The notes under the pieces are model-generated. The model saw nothing but the letters and a program-made list of their open reading frames with translations. It did not search any database and was not told the origin of the DNA. Of a stretch of 64,000 nt of DNA, positions 53,186-64,000 are shown piece after piece; the stretch's first letter is position 1; each line of letters begins with the position of its first letter. The stretch comes from Chloropicon primus. Taxonomy: Eukaryota. The position numbers were made by a program, and so were the translations under genes. The stretch covers positions 186,001 through 250,000 of the forward strand of contig CP060756.1 in NCBI GenBank assembly GCA_023205875.1, read 5' to 3'.

Positions 53186-53315
53186 GCGAGAGCGTAGGGC
53201 CGCTAAAACCACGCCGCTTTAGTTGGCCTGGACCTGGGAGGAGGTACAACGCGGGATGTATGTATGTTGTTATTACACGGTGACGCAAACCACGCCTTTG
53301 AACCTGAGGTCCGTT

Positions 53316-54629
53316 TTATTCGAGCACCCTCTTGACGTCTTTCTTGGGGCTCTTCCTTTTCGGCTCGGCCCCCTCCTCGGCCTTCTTCCTCTTCTTCTTC
53401 GTGGGCGTCTGAAGCTTCTCCGGCAGCCTCTTCTTGAGCTGGGCGAGCTCAGCGAGGAAGAGGACGTTGTGCGCCCAGCCCGCGTGGCTGCCAAACACGT
53501 CAATCAGGGCCCTCTCCGCAATGTCCATCAGTCTTGGGGTCACGCTCTTCTTCTCCTGCAGGTCCGGCCGGTAGTGCGTGCAGACCAAGCGCCACACGTG
53601 GGTGTCCACTGGGATCGCCTCGAACTTGTCCAGGGAGAACAGGCAGACGCAAGCCGCGACCTTCGGGCCGACCCCTGGAAGCTCAGTCAATGCAGCGGAA
53701 GCCTCCTTGTACGGCACGTCCCTCAAAGACCTGAGCCAAGCGGCACCGCCTCCTGGCTTGGAGTTGAGCTTCTGCACGGTGCCTGTGATGAATTTGGCTC
53801 TGTAGCCGAAGCCGTGGGCGCGGAGCGTCTCCTCGGTTGCGCCCGAGAGCTCCTCGAGAGTCGGGAACATGTAAAGCTTCTTGGCATCCTTGTCCTCCGC
53901 GCCGGTCCCGGCCTTGCCGTTGTCGATCTCGCTCCCGTAGAGCTTGCACAGGTTGTTGACCATGCCGTGGATCCTCGATATGTTGTTGTTCGAAGAGCAA
54001 ACAAAGGAGAAGAGGCATTCCACGGGATCCTGCCTCAGGAGCCTCGCCCCCGGGTAGTACTCCTTCACGGCGCTGAACCGGTTGTCGCAACTGCTCCAGT
54101 GCTCAATGAAGTCCCTGAGCTTCAGGTGCAGCTGGAAGTACTCCCTCAGAACCTCCAGATCCTCGGCGGTCTCCTCGTCCGACCTCCCCTCTGCGCCCCT
54201 CCCCCCCCGCGCGACCACCCTGTAGCGCACGCTGTCGGCAAGCTGCTCGAGCTCGTACGCCCTGGATCCTATGATGCCTGCCAGAACAAGCAATGAGGAG
54301 GCAGGCGGTTCACATCAGCATCAGCAAAACTGTGATACTTCGGCCTCTGCAGAGTTCCTCACTGACTTACCCGTGAATGCGCCCTCTCTGGTCTCGACCC
54401 AGCGAAACGTTTGTCCGACCGGAAGCGTGTGACTGAGATAGAGCTCCTCCTTTGGAACTCCGAGCGTGTGCCACGCCTTGGGCAGCGAACCCATGTTATC
54501 CACGTCGTGCGGAGAACTCGAGCTGGGCCGCCTCCAAGTCGTCGAAGGTTCGCACCGAAGTCCCGTGTTCCGATAGCCCAAGCACCGCCTGCTCAACACT
54601 CGTGGGATAGCTCTAGCACACCCCTTCAT
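53316..54629 (-). CDS. OGG1: 8-oxoguanine DNA glycosylase; two exons
   Basis: TLPVGQTFRW, RLLRQDPVECLFSFVCSSNNNISRI, GFGYRAKFI, HhH LPGVGPKVAACV, IPVDTHV. Intron 54370-54278. ATG at 54629 or 54494. Confidence 0.95.
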
Positions 54630-55341
54630 CTAACGAACCGTCCCAGAACCGTACTTGTTTGACTTTCCAACCTCATCCCTGTGTCGATGCGAAGAAAAGT
54701 TAGTTCCAAATTCTCACCAGTCGCGGCAAGCGAGGGCTCCTTCGAAAGTGGAAGGCGCGACGAATTCTAGAATCTCGCCCTTTATCCAACCCCACTCACT
54801 CTCCCCTCCTCCGCCGTCTACTTGAGAAGCCAGCAAGCCAACGAGGAAAGCAAGCAACTGCCTCGCTCTCCACGTAACTGCCACCAGGAGGGAGGGCACA
54901 CGAAGGGAGGGAGGGAGGGCACACGAAGGGAGGGAGGGAGGTACAAGTACAGAGAGGAGAGGGACAAGGACAATGAGGATTGTTGGAGTGGAGTGGGAGG
55001 AAGGGAAGGGACGGATTTAATGACGGATTGTTAGGGTTTTTCTGGGGGGAGGAGCCCGAGCCCCAGACCTCATGGGGGGGGGGGTTCTCTCGTGCTCGTC
55101 TCGTCACAAGACCTAACAAGGCCTTACCACAGCACCTCTCTGCATCGGTCCTCGTCGTCGGTCCCTTGTCTCTTGTCTCTTCTTCCTCCTCTTCTTGTCC
55201 CTTCATCCTCTTGGTAAGCAATAGCCTATTTTCCAACCAAGGGTAGGGGTAAAAAAGAGGCAAGGGATACCACGAGGCGGGAGCGCCAGAGAGAGAGGCC
55301 GGAGGAGAGGACCCTAGGGCTTGACAGAGGAAAGGAAAACG

Positions 55342-57295
55342 ATGCCGACCGGACAGCCACATAGAAGATCGCGGTTCGCCTCCTTCGGAGATGCGGCGCT
55401 CGTCGTCGCCTCCAAGCTGGGAAGCAAGGAGGCTTACAAGGTAAGCGCAAGGCGCCAGCCTTGCTGTGGTGTGGTTGCCCTCGAGCCCTCGAGTTGTTTG
55501 TTTGTCGTTTTCGAACGATCGCTGACTCTTGCTGCGTTTTGAATGCCGCGAATTGGACGAACAGGACATCGATGTGGCCATCGTCAAAGCTACGAACCAC
55601 GACATGGTGCCTCCAAAGGAAAAGCACGTTAGGAGTAAGTCCGGCGAAGCACTCGCTCTGCCTGTGTAGATATGGCGCAAGACGGGATCTTGGCCCTAGT
55701 GTGGACGTTTGACTGACTGTTCTGCTATCTGCTTGGTTCTTGTCGTCGCGCCTCCAGCAATCATGCGTTTCGCGGACTCTGCCTGTTCCCAGGACGTGAA
55801 GTATCTTTTGGACAATATCATTCGAAGGACCAAGGGGCTCGAGGACTGGCTCATGGTGCTCAAGGCTGTCACTGTGCTGCACAGGATCTACCGAGAGACG
55901 AGGAGCACGGAGGTGAAGAAGAAGGTCGCTCACTGGTCGAGGTACCACCTTGCTTCCCTGAAGAACTACAAGGATGGGTCGACGCCACAGGCTTTGGATA
56001 TGTCAGCGTTCGTGAGGACTTACTCCTTGTACCTGTACGAGAAGTTCGAGACCCTTGCCGAGATGGAGTTCGACCCGGCCTTGGAGGACACCTCGGCGCC
56101 GAGCAAGACCAGGGAAATGAGTGCCGTGGACTTGTGCGAGAAGTTTCCAAAACTGCAGACGGTGATGTACCGCGCCGTCGGCTGCAAGCCTCAAGGGGTT
56201 GCGTGCCAGAACAACGTGGTCCTCTTCTCTTTCCTCATGGTGGTCACTGAGAGCATGAAGATCTACCGTGCGACGAACGATGGGGTCCTCAATATGCTCG
56301 ACAAATTCTTCGAGACCGACGTCGTGGTCGCCCAGCAGCTGTTTGACATGTACAAGCTCTCCCTGCAGCACGCGGAGGAGCTCCAGGAGCTGTACCAGTT
56401 CTCCAAGTCCCTGGCGTTCGGCTCGACGATGGAGTTCCCAAAACTAGAGCAGCCACCCGCGTCTTTCTTGGAGACGATGACCGAGTACATCGCAGACCTC
56501 CGGAAAACGGGTAAGTCTGAGCACACGAAGAAGAAGGCGGCGGAAGCCCAGCCACAGATCGACACAGGCGTCGACTTGCTCGACTTTAGCGAGCCAGTCC
56601 CCGCTGCGGCACCTGCGCCGGCACCTGCGCCAGCGGCTGGCTCCAACGGGTTTGAGAACAACGCGGCGTTCGGAGACAACGCCGACTTCTTGGCTGCCCC
56701 AGGAAGCGAGGCTCCAAAGGAGGATGGCACCTCCCCAGGCCAAAACCAGAGTCCATCGAGCGGGGGGATCAACCTTGATGCTCTTTATGGTCTGAACGCC
56801 GGGGCAGCTTCCTCGGCACCGCAGAGCGCCACCGTCTTCGGCGGAGTGAACCAGCAGATGCAGCAGCCACAGCAAATGGCGGGCTCCCCGATGATGGGAG
56901 GAGCGGCCGCTGCTGGTATGGCCATGATGCAGCAGATGATGCAACAACCACAAATGATGCAGCAGATGATGATGCAGCAGCAGCAGGCAGCAGGTATGGG
57001 ACAGCAGCCACCTGTGAATGCTTTTGGTGCAAACCAAATGGGAATGGGAATGGCAGCAGCTCCGCAAATGCAGCAGGCCCAGTTCGCTGGCTCGCCAAAC
57101 GGTGGCGGTGCGATGCAGCAGCAGCCAATGGGAGGAACCAACGGCTTTGCTCCAAGCGGGGGGAACCCATTCGCTGCGGCGCCGGCGACCTCCCCAAGTC
57201 AGAATGCACAGTTCAACAATCTCTTCTCCCCCAACCAACAGCAGCAGAAGCCTCAACAGAACTCTCAATCGCCGTCGTTCGACTTCTTGACCTAG
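55342..57295 (+). CDS. ANTH-domain clathrin assembly protein (AP180/PICALM family); three coding exons
   Basis: Exons 55342-55440, 55565-55634 and 55758-57295. DIDVAIVKATNHD..PPKEKH, WLMVLKAVTVLHR, clathrin box DLLDF, NPF, Gln/Met-rich tail. Confidence 0.92.
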
Positions 57296-57712
57296 CTTGG
57301 ATTACTTTTGGATGACCATTTACGTGTAAAAAATAAAAAAAGCTTTTTAACAGAGGCAAAGGTTTTATTCAAGCGAAGGCAAGGCCCGTCCCCCCATCCT
57401 CACCTTCACCCCTCCCCTCCCTCTCTCTGTCCACCCATTCCCTCCCTCCCCTCGGTCCTCGGAGAGCAGTCCGTAAGCAAGGCTCGCCTGGGCGGATCAA
57501 GATCGATCACGATCGATCGCGGGGACCGACGAGGCGAGGCGAGTCGGAGGCAAGATCGTGACAGGACGCGGCGGAGGGCTTCCTCCCCACTCCCGAGTTC
57601 GGTGCAACCTCTCGCTCGCGGTCGACAACACACGACCGACCGACAGGACAGGCGGTCGAAGCGAAAGCGTTACTCTTTGGCCCTGGAAACGGTCGCGCGG
57701 AGGTCGTGAGGG

Positions 57713-58468
57713 ATGGGAGCGAGTCAAGGGGAGGTCCCCGGGCCAGTGGCCGCAAGTGGCATAGACGTGGAGGAGTTCCGTGCCTGCGCACGCTCTTTCC
57801 TCCGCGATCACGAGTCCTTGCTTCTGGAGAGGAGCTCCATGATCTTCGAGCTCGACACCGCCAAGAGCACCTCCCTGAGGGAGGAGTCCAGGCACTCGGT
57901 GCTTGAGCGAGAGAACACCCACTTGAGGCTCGAGCTCGGATCTCAGCTCGCAGTGCTTGGGCGGACCATGTCAGGCATTCTGGGCCACTTCAGCGCCGCG
58001 GAGGCCCTCGAGCAGGCCCAAGCGGACATCGTCCACCTCACCGAGGAGCTTCTTCAGAAGGAGAGCCTCGCCGCTTCCCTTGCGCGCGAGACGGAGGGCC
58101 TGAAGGGCCAGCTGCAAGCGATCAGGCTGGAGCGCGAGACGGAGGGCCATCGCCGCGACAAGGAGAAGAGAGGCCTGGAATTGACGATCAAGAGGGAGGG
58201 CGAAAAGTGGAAGGCTCAATTGGCGGAGGCGACCCGCACGTGCCAGAAGCTCCAGGACCAGGTGGACAGGAAGTCCGGGCAAGGTCAGCTCTCCGTCGGG
58301 TCGGCCTCCAGCTCTCTGGAGCTGATGTGGAAGCAGAAAGTCCTTTCGCTCCAAAAGCAGAACAAGTCTTTGCGAGAGGAGGTCTCCGCTCTTGAAGAGA
58401 AAATTCGCGAGGAAGACTCGTTCAAGCCCAGGGCGAAACCACGCAAGAGGACGAAGGCCACGAGGTAG
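57713..58468 (+). CDS. Uncharacterised coiled-coil protein
   Basis: 251-aa ORF with heptad pattern and basic C-terminus. Confidence 0.65.
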   Translation: MGASQGEVPGPVAASGIDVEEFRACARSFLRDHESLLLERSSMIFELDTAKSTSLREESRHSVLERENTHLRLELGSQLAVLGRTMSGILGHFSAAEALEQAQADIVHLTEELLQKESLAASLARETEGLKGQLQAIRLERETEGHRRDKEKRGLELTIKREGEKWKAQLAEATRTCQKLQDQVDRKSGQGQLSVGSASSSLELMWKQKVLSLQKQNKSLREEVSALEEKIREEDSFKPRAKPRKRTKATR

Positions 58469-58670
58469 CCCGTCCCCGCATTCAGAGACCGGATTTGCCC
58501 GAGCGCAAAGGCACACCCCAAGAGATCCAAGGGACTCACTCACTAACTATTATTCATCTATCCATTCCTTTATTATTCATCCGCTCCGCCGTCGTCGTCG
58601 TTCGCGGAGCGTGCCGAGGTGGACCCTGGGCCCTCCTCCCACACCCTCAATCATCTTTTCCAGAGAGGGC

Positions 58671-58976
58671 TTCTTCGGAAAGAGGGAGAGGAGCATAAAT
58701 CCAATTGAAGCCTTCGACATCCCACCGTCCTCCTCCTCCTCCACCATTATCATCACCCCCATCATCACTCCCTCCTCCTCCCTCCTCCTCCCTTGGCCTG
58801 GTCAGTGATGATCAATGACCTTCTTTCCCGGTTACCCCATCAAGCGAGAGTTCTTCGGAAAGAGGGAGAGGAGCATAAATCTATTGTCCTTCGACATTCC
58901 ACCGCCATCCTCCTCCTCCTCCACCATCATGATCACCCCCATCATCACCCCCATCATCACTCCCTCCTCCGGCCTT
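58671..58976. repeat. Diverged direct repeat, 180-bp period
   Basis: TTCTTCGGAAAGAGGGAGAGGAGCATAAATC at 58671 and 58851, each followed by similar TCC/ATC-rich tracts. Confidence 0.9.
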
Positions 58977-59097
58977 GAGAGAGAGAGCCGTTGCTTCTTT
59001 TTTTTTTCAAAGGGGAAAGCGACAGAAAGAGGGGAAAGAGAGAGAGAGAGGAAGGACGCGACTGCACGACGGAGACGAGGAGGCATTGTCGACGACG

Positions 59098-61589
59098 ATG
59101 GGAGAGACTGGGGAAGGACAGGCGAAGGACGGTATCGCGGCGCTGGGGGAGGTCCTCATTCCGGCCATAAACAGAGTGCAGGATGCTTTCGCTGCCGCGG
59201 GAGGTTTAACGTTTCAGCTCGACTTGCCACAGGTTGCGGTGGTTGGTTCGCAGTCTTCCGGAAAGTCCTCGGTGCTGGAGAGCCTCGTGGGGAGAGACTT
59301 CTTGCCCCGCGGGCCGGACATATGCACGAGGAGGCCGCTCGTGCTGCAACTGGTAAGTCGGACGGAGAGAACGACCAGCCCCGCCCAGCTTGACAGAGAG
59401 AGAGAGTTTGAGCCGCGGAGGTCTTGCGCCACGTCTGCCGCGCCGTTGCTGTTCGAGCGTCTGACCCCTCACGCTTTTTTCTTTTCCTTTTTGAACAATA
59501 AAAGGTGCACAGCGCGAAGGGGGACGAGTATGGAGAGTTTCTTCACTTGCCGGGGGAGACCTTCACCAAGTTCACCAAAATCAGGGACGAGATTGAAGCC
59601 GAGACGAACCGAGGCGCGGGGAGCGGCAAGTCCATCTCGAACGTTCCCATCAGGCTGAAGATCGTGAGCCCACACGTTCTGACGATGACGCTCGTGGATT
59701 TGCCTGGGATAACCAGGGTCCCGGTCGGAAACCAGCCCAAGGACATCGAGCAGAGGATTCGCAGCATGATCATGGAGTACATCAAGCACCAGAGCTGCGT
59801 GATTCTTGCGGTCTCTCCAGCGAACGTGGACTTGGCGAACTCTGACGCGCTGACCCTGGCGAAGGAAGTGGACCCCGACGGCAGCCGCACGATCGGCGTG
59901 CTCACGAAGCTGGACATCATGGACAGGGGCACGAACGCCGTGGCCGCTTTGGAGAACAAGGTCGTGCCGCTGATGCTCGGTTACATCGGGGTGGTCAACC
60001 GCTGCCAGGCGGACATCAACGCTGGGCGGGACATCCGGTCGGCGAGAGAGGCCGAGAGAAAGTTCTTCGTGCAGTCGGAGGAATACTCCTCGGTCGCCCA
60101 AGTTTGCGGCACGATCAACCTCGCTCAGAGGCTCAACGAGATCTTGGTCCGCCACATCCACAAGATACTGCCGCGCTTGAAGAGGCAGATTGAGTTTGCA
60201 AGGGAAGAGAACTTTCACAAGCTTCAGTCGCTGGGAGACTGGTCGCAGTCGGATTCCAAGTCCGCCCAAGGAGCGCTCCTGCTGAAGATGCTCACGGAGT
60301 ACTCTCAGTTCTTCGCAAACCACCTGGATGGACAGGACGGGAACCTGCCCGCGAACGAGGTCGCCGGGGGAGCGAGGATTCGGCACATCTTTCAGAACAT
60401 CTTCGTCAAGGAGCTTCAAGGGGTGGACCCGTCGGTCACGCTGACGGACAAGGAGATCCAGACCGCGATAGTGAACTGCTCGGGCATCCGGGGATCCCTG
60501 CTGATGCCCGAGATCCCCTTCCAGTTGCTGGTCAGGCGCTTGATCGAGAATTTGCTCGAGCCGTGTCTGCAATGCGCACGGTTCGTTTGCGAAGAGATGA
60601 TACACATCGCGAGAAGGTGCGAGCCAGAGCGGATGGGCATGCTCCCCAACCTGCAGAACAACCTTCGCTCTGCCGTCCAATCGTACATCGAGGACTGCCT
60701 GACGCCCACCGAGGAAATGGTGTCGAACCTCGTGAACTGTGAGCTGGCGCACATCAACACGTCTCACCCCGACTTCATCGGCGGAAGCCAGGCCATCGCG
60801 ACCGTCCTGGATCACAAGAAGGGCCTCGTGGAGCAGAGCAAGAAGAAATTCGAGGACGAATCTCAGTCCTTGAGGCAGAGCCTGTCCACCCCGTTCAAGA
60901 TGAACCCCCACGAGCAGAGCGAATCGCTCAACAGTGAGCAGAAGAAGAGGAAGCAAGACGGGGAGGGGACTGCCCGAGACAGGCAGTCGGGTTGGATAGC
61001 CAGCATTTTCGGCGGCACAAACAAAGGGAACACGGAGTCGATCTACCTACAGGAGCCTCCAAAGGTGCTGAGAGTTTCTGAGACAAAGAATGAGCAGGAA
61101 GAGCTGGAGGTCGCGGTGACGAGGCTCTTGGTCTCTTCCTATTTCGGCATCGTCTCCAAGACCCTGCAGGACATGGTGCCAAAGGTTGTGGTCCACTTCA
61201 TGGTCAATGCAGTAAAGTCCGGCCTGCAGAAGCGCCTCGTTCAGCTGCTTTACAAGGAGGATCTGTTCGCCAGCCTGACAAAGGAGCACAGCGATGTCGC
61301 GACCAAGAGAGAAAAGTGCCAAAAGACCCTAAAGTTCCTGCACGTCGCGGCGCACACCTTGGACTCGATTCCAAAGGTCCTGGACCAGTCCAGCTCCTCG
61401 GGCGCGAGGTCTTCGAGCGCCAGGAGGTCGAGCCGACGGGTCTCCCCGAAGAGAAACAGGAGCGAGTACGCGGGCAGCGAGAACTCCCACCCCAACATCA
61501 AATCTCCTCCGGAGGCGCCCGCGTCTGAGCGAAGGAAGTCAAGCAGCGGACCCCTCGGCCGAGGCCTGGCGAGCGTGATCGGACGATGA
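59098..61589 (+). CDS. DRP3: Dynamin-related protein (DRP3/Dnm1-type); two exons
   Basis: [45 protein letters not shown] ([13 protein letters not shown]). Intron 59353-59504. Confidence 0.9.
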
Positions 61590-61676
61590 AAATTGGCGGT
61601 TGGAGCGAAGCACGCACTTGTTTGCTACTGTAATTCATATATGATACATTCCCAAGCCTCTGCAAAGAAAGTGAAA

Positions 61677-62816
61677 TTAGTACCCGAACACGACCGTCTT
61701 GTTGTTGTGAATGAGGACTCGGTCCTCCAGGTGCCACGACAGGGCCCGGGAGAGCACGGACCTCTCGAGGTTCCTCCCCTTCTGGATCATGTCCCCCACC
61801 GAATCCCGGTGCGAGATCCTGATAACGTCCTGGTCGATGATGGGGCCAGCGTCCAGGTCCGCCGTGATGTAGTGCGCCGTGGCGCCGATGATCTTCACCC
61901 CGCGATCGTACGCGCGGTGGTACGGATAGCCTCCCTCGAAGGCGGGCAGGAAACTGTGGTGGATGTTGATGGTGTGGGACTCGTGCCTCCTGCAGAAGTC
62001 GTCCGAGAGGACCTGCATGTACCTCGCGAGCACCACCACGTCGATGTCGTACTCCTCCAGAAGCCTCTCGATCTCGGCCTCCTGCTCCAGCTTGAACCCC
62101 ATCTTCTGGTCCGGGGTCGCGCTCGGGTCCTTCCTCATGGGGAGGTGGTAGAAGGGGATCCCGAACTGCTCTCCGACGTGACGCAGGTCGTCGTGGTTGC
62201 TTATGATGAGCGGAATCTCGCACTCCAGCTCCTTGCTGTTCTTCCTCAGGAGGATGTCGTACAAGCAGTGGTCGAACTTGCTGACGAGGACCGCCATCCT
62301 CTTGGGCTTGTTGCTGAAGCTCAGGCTCCACTTCATGTCGAACCGATCGGCCACGCTCTCGATCGCGGCCTCCAGCCCCACGAGCGCCGCCTCCGAGTTG
62401 CCCAGGTAGCAGTCCGAGTAGTCGAAGTGGAGCCTCTGAAAGAAGAGCCCCGCGTCTGGACAGGAGTGCTGGTCCGTCTCAATGATGTTGCACCCTTGGC
62501 CGTACAGCATCGACGCGGACGCGGCGACCACGCCCTTGGCATCCGGGCAGTCGATCAGCAGGGTCGCCTCCATGGGCACCTTCTTCAGGTCGACCTCGAC
62601 CTTGTGCCTCTGCCTGCTGTCGTACGAGGCCTTGTCCCTGGACGCGACGTAGCCGGCCTGTCTCCGCCTCGGGCTCGCCCTCCGCCTCAGACTCCTCCGA
62701 CTCCCTCCCTGGGGAGACCCCATCGACTCGCTGCTCGGCGGAACCCCGTCCCGGCTCGCGGAGGCACCAGCGCCAGCAGGCGAGCACTTCGACATCATCT
62801 TCTTCTTCATCCACAT
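61677..62816 (-). CDS. purU: Formyltetrahydrofolate deformylase
   Basis: ACT domain CPDAKGVVA, LARYMQVLS, INIHHSFLPAFEG, GVKIIGATAHY, LDAGPIIDQ. Confidence 0.96.
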   Translation of the reverse strand: MWMKKKMMSKCSPAGAGASASRDGVPPSSESMGSPQGGSRRSLRRRASPRRRQAGYVASRDKASYDSRQRHKVEVDLKKVPMEATLLIDCPDAKGVVAASASMLYGQGCNIIETDQHSCPDAGLFFQRLHFDYSDCYLGNSEAALVGLEAAIESVADRFDMKWSLSFSNKPKRMAVLVSKFDHCLYDILLRKNSKELECEIPLIISNHDDLRHVGEQFGIPFYHLPMRKDPSATPDQKMGFKLEQEAEIERLLEEYDIDVVVLARYMQVLSDDFCRRHESHTINIHHSFLPAFEGGYPYHRAYDRGVKIIGATAHYITADLDAGPIIDQDVIRISHRDSVGDMIQKGRNLERSVLSRALSWHLEDRVLIHNNKTVVFGY

Positions 62817-63895
62817 CGTCCTCGTCCTCGTCCTCGTCCTCGTCCCGTGCTCTCTCTCGAACTCCTGCGAGCGAGGCGGAGAAAGTCAGGCAGACAAATC
62901 GTCTCCGAGGTTCAAGCGGTGAACGCCCGTCGGTTACGGGTTCCCTCTCGTAACCGTAACGTCGCCGAGTCCAGCGAGACAAACTGCTGAACGCTTTTTT
63001 GCCGAGCTGGATCTCTTCGCGTCTCAAGCCCACGTGCGTGTTCGGCTTCGCTCCATGAAGTTAGGGAGAGGAGAGGGAGAGAGAAGGGTGGAAGTTAGGA
63101 GAGGGGTTGTTGGTGTGGGTGTTCCATTGGATCCATATCCATTGGATCCTTCCTCCCTCTCTCTCCCTCCTGTTCTTCCTGTTCCCCTCGAGTCGCTTGG
63201 TCGCCGTCTTCCTTGTCCTCGCGCTCGAAGGTCTGTGGCCAGCAAAGGGAGAGGCAGAGAGACAGAGGGAGAGACAGAGGGGTTGGGCAGGCAGGAAGGA
63301 TGGCACTGATTGGTGGTGGTGGCTGATCCATTGGATTTGATCCTCCTGTTCCTTGAATCGCTTGGTGTCCTCCACTCCACTCCACGACACCGACGGTCGT
63401 GTCACACCGTGACCAGCAAAGCAGAGAGCGTCAGAGAGCGTCAGAGAGAGAGAGAGAGAGATCATCAGAGAGAGAAGTCTCGTGCGTCGTGTGTGCACAC
63501 TTACGCTTACGTTTCCTTCCCTTCATTGGGTTGTCCTTCCCTTCATTGGGTTGTCCTTTCCTGCCCAAGATTATCCCAAGATTAGGACCTAGCCGTTGAT
63601 GTGCCTTTTTTTCCTTCTCTTCTTTTCTTTTCTTTTCTTGGAGTGTGACGAGTGAGACACCGACGAGCGAGAGACACACGCTCTCTCGTGTCACCCAACC
63701 ACGAGGAACCGGAACCTTTGGCGACTTCCTTCCTCTCGAACGCAATTGCGTCGTCGTCGTCGTTGCTCTGCCTTGAACCGTATTGTGTTGTGACGTGACC
63801 GATATAGAATTTGTGGGTTGGTGGGTGCTTGCATTGAGACGAAGAAAGGCAAGGGACTTGACTTGACCTTGACCTTGACCTCGACCTTGGTGAGG

Positions 63896-64000
63896 ATGGA
63901 TATCCAGACGCTGAGGGATCAGGCCAAGGAGGCGCGCCAGAAGGCGGAGCTGCAGTTCCTCACCATGGCCGCCCACGGGGACAGCCTGAAGAAGCAGCAG
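63896..64000 (+). CDS. 5' end of an unidentified gene, truncated by the window end
   Basis: ATG 63896 opens MDIQTLRDQAKEARQKAELQFLTMAAHGDSLKKQQ with strong GC3 bias. Confidence 0.6.
   Translation, partial: MDIQTLRDQAKEARQKAELQFLTMAAHGDSLKKQQ

Noticed and set aside
46692..54629. UVH3 and OGG1 as a DNA-repair cluster
   Set aside because: They are separated by three unrelated genes and there is no sign of shared regulation.
54761..54776. Heat-shock element (TTCTAGAA)
   Set aside because: Only two correctly spaced nGAAn units are present.
63024..63700. Short ORFs and small duplications between purU and the last gene
   Set aside because: Low-complexity GA/CT-rich sequence without coding bias; probably promoter, UTR or intron.

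Overview
This is gene-dense, GC-rich eukaryotic nuclear DNA from a compact green-algal (chlorophyte/prasinophyte-type) genome. It most resembles Chloropicon, but that is an inference. The supporting features are short GT-AG introns with CTGAC/CTAAC branch points, TGTAA polyadenylation signals, plant-type genes and intergenic gaps often under 100 bp. I can support about 37 protein-coding genes. Recognisable ones are CSN7, two tandem amino-acid permeases, two F-box proteins, BZW/5MP, plastidial starch phosphorylase, EMC1, PHOX/CLMP1, ORC4, GMPP-alpha, a Raf-like kinase, PITHD1, anthranilate synthase alpha, DUF760, RPS14, an ankyrin protein, CEP162, XPG/UVH3, an SLC5 symporter, BolA, OGG1, an ANTH adaptor, DRP3 and PurU. 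I reconstructed several spliced gene models by hand. I found no tRNA, rRNA, CRISPR array or recognisable transposon, and no clearly novel multi-gene system. The best leads are: (1) a secreted protein with an unfamiliar tandem six-cysteine domain and a possibly bacterial C-terminal domain; (2) a strong hairpin in the RPS14 intron; (3) a gene-conversion tract between the permease paralogues; (4) an F-box/LRR/RING fusion; (5) 170-212 bp tandem duplications and (GATC)n runs in promoter regions; (6) a kinase with DFD in place of DFG. Family calls rest on motif recognition from memory, not database searches.
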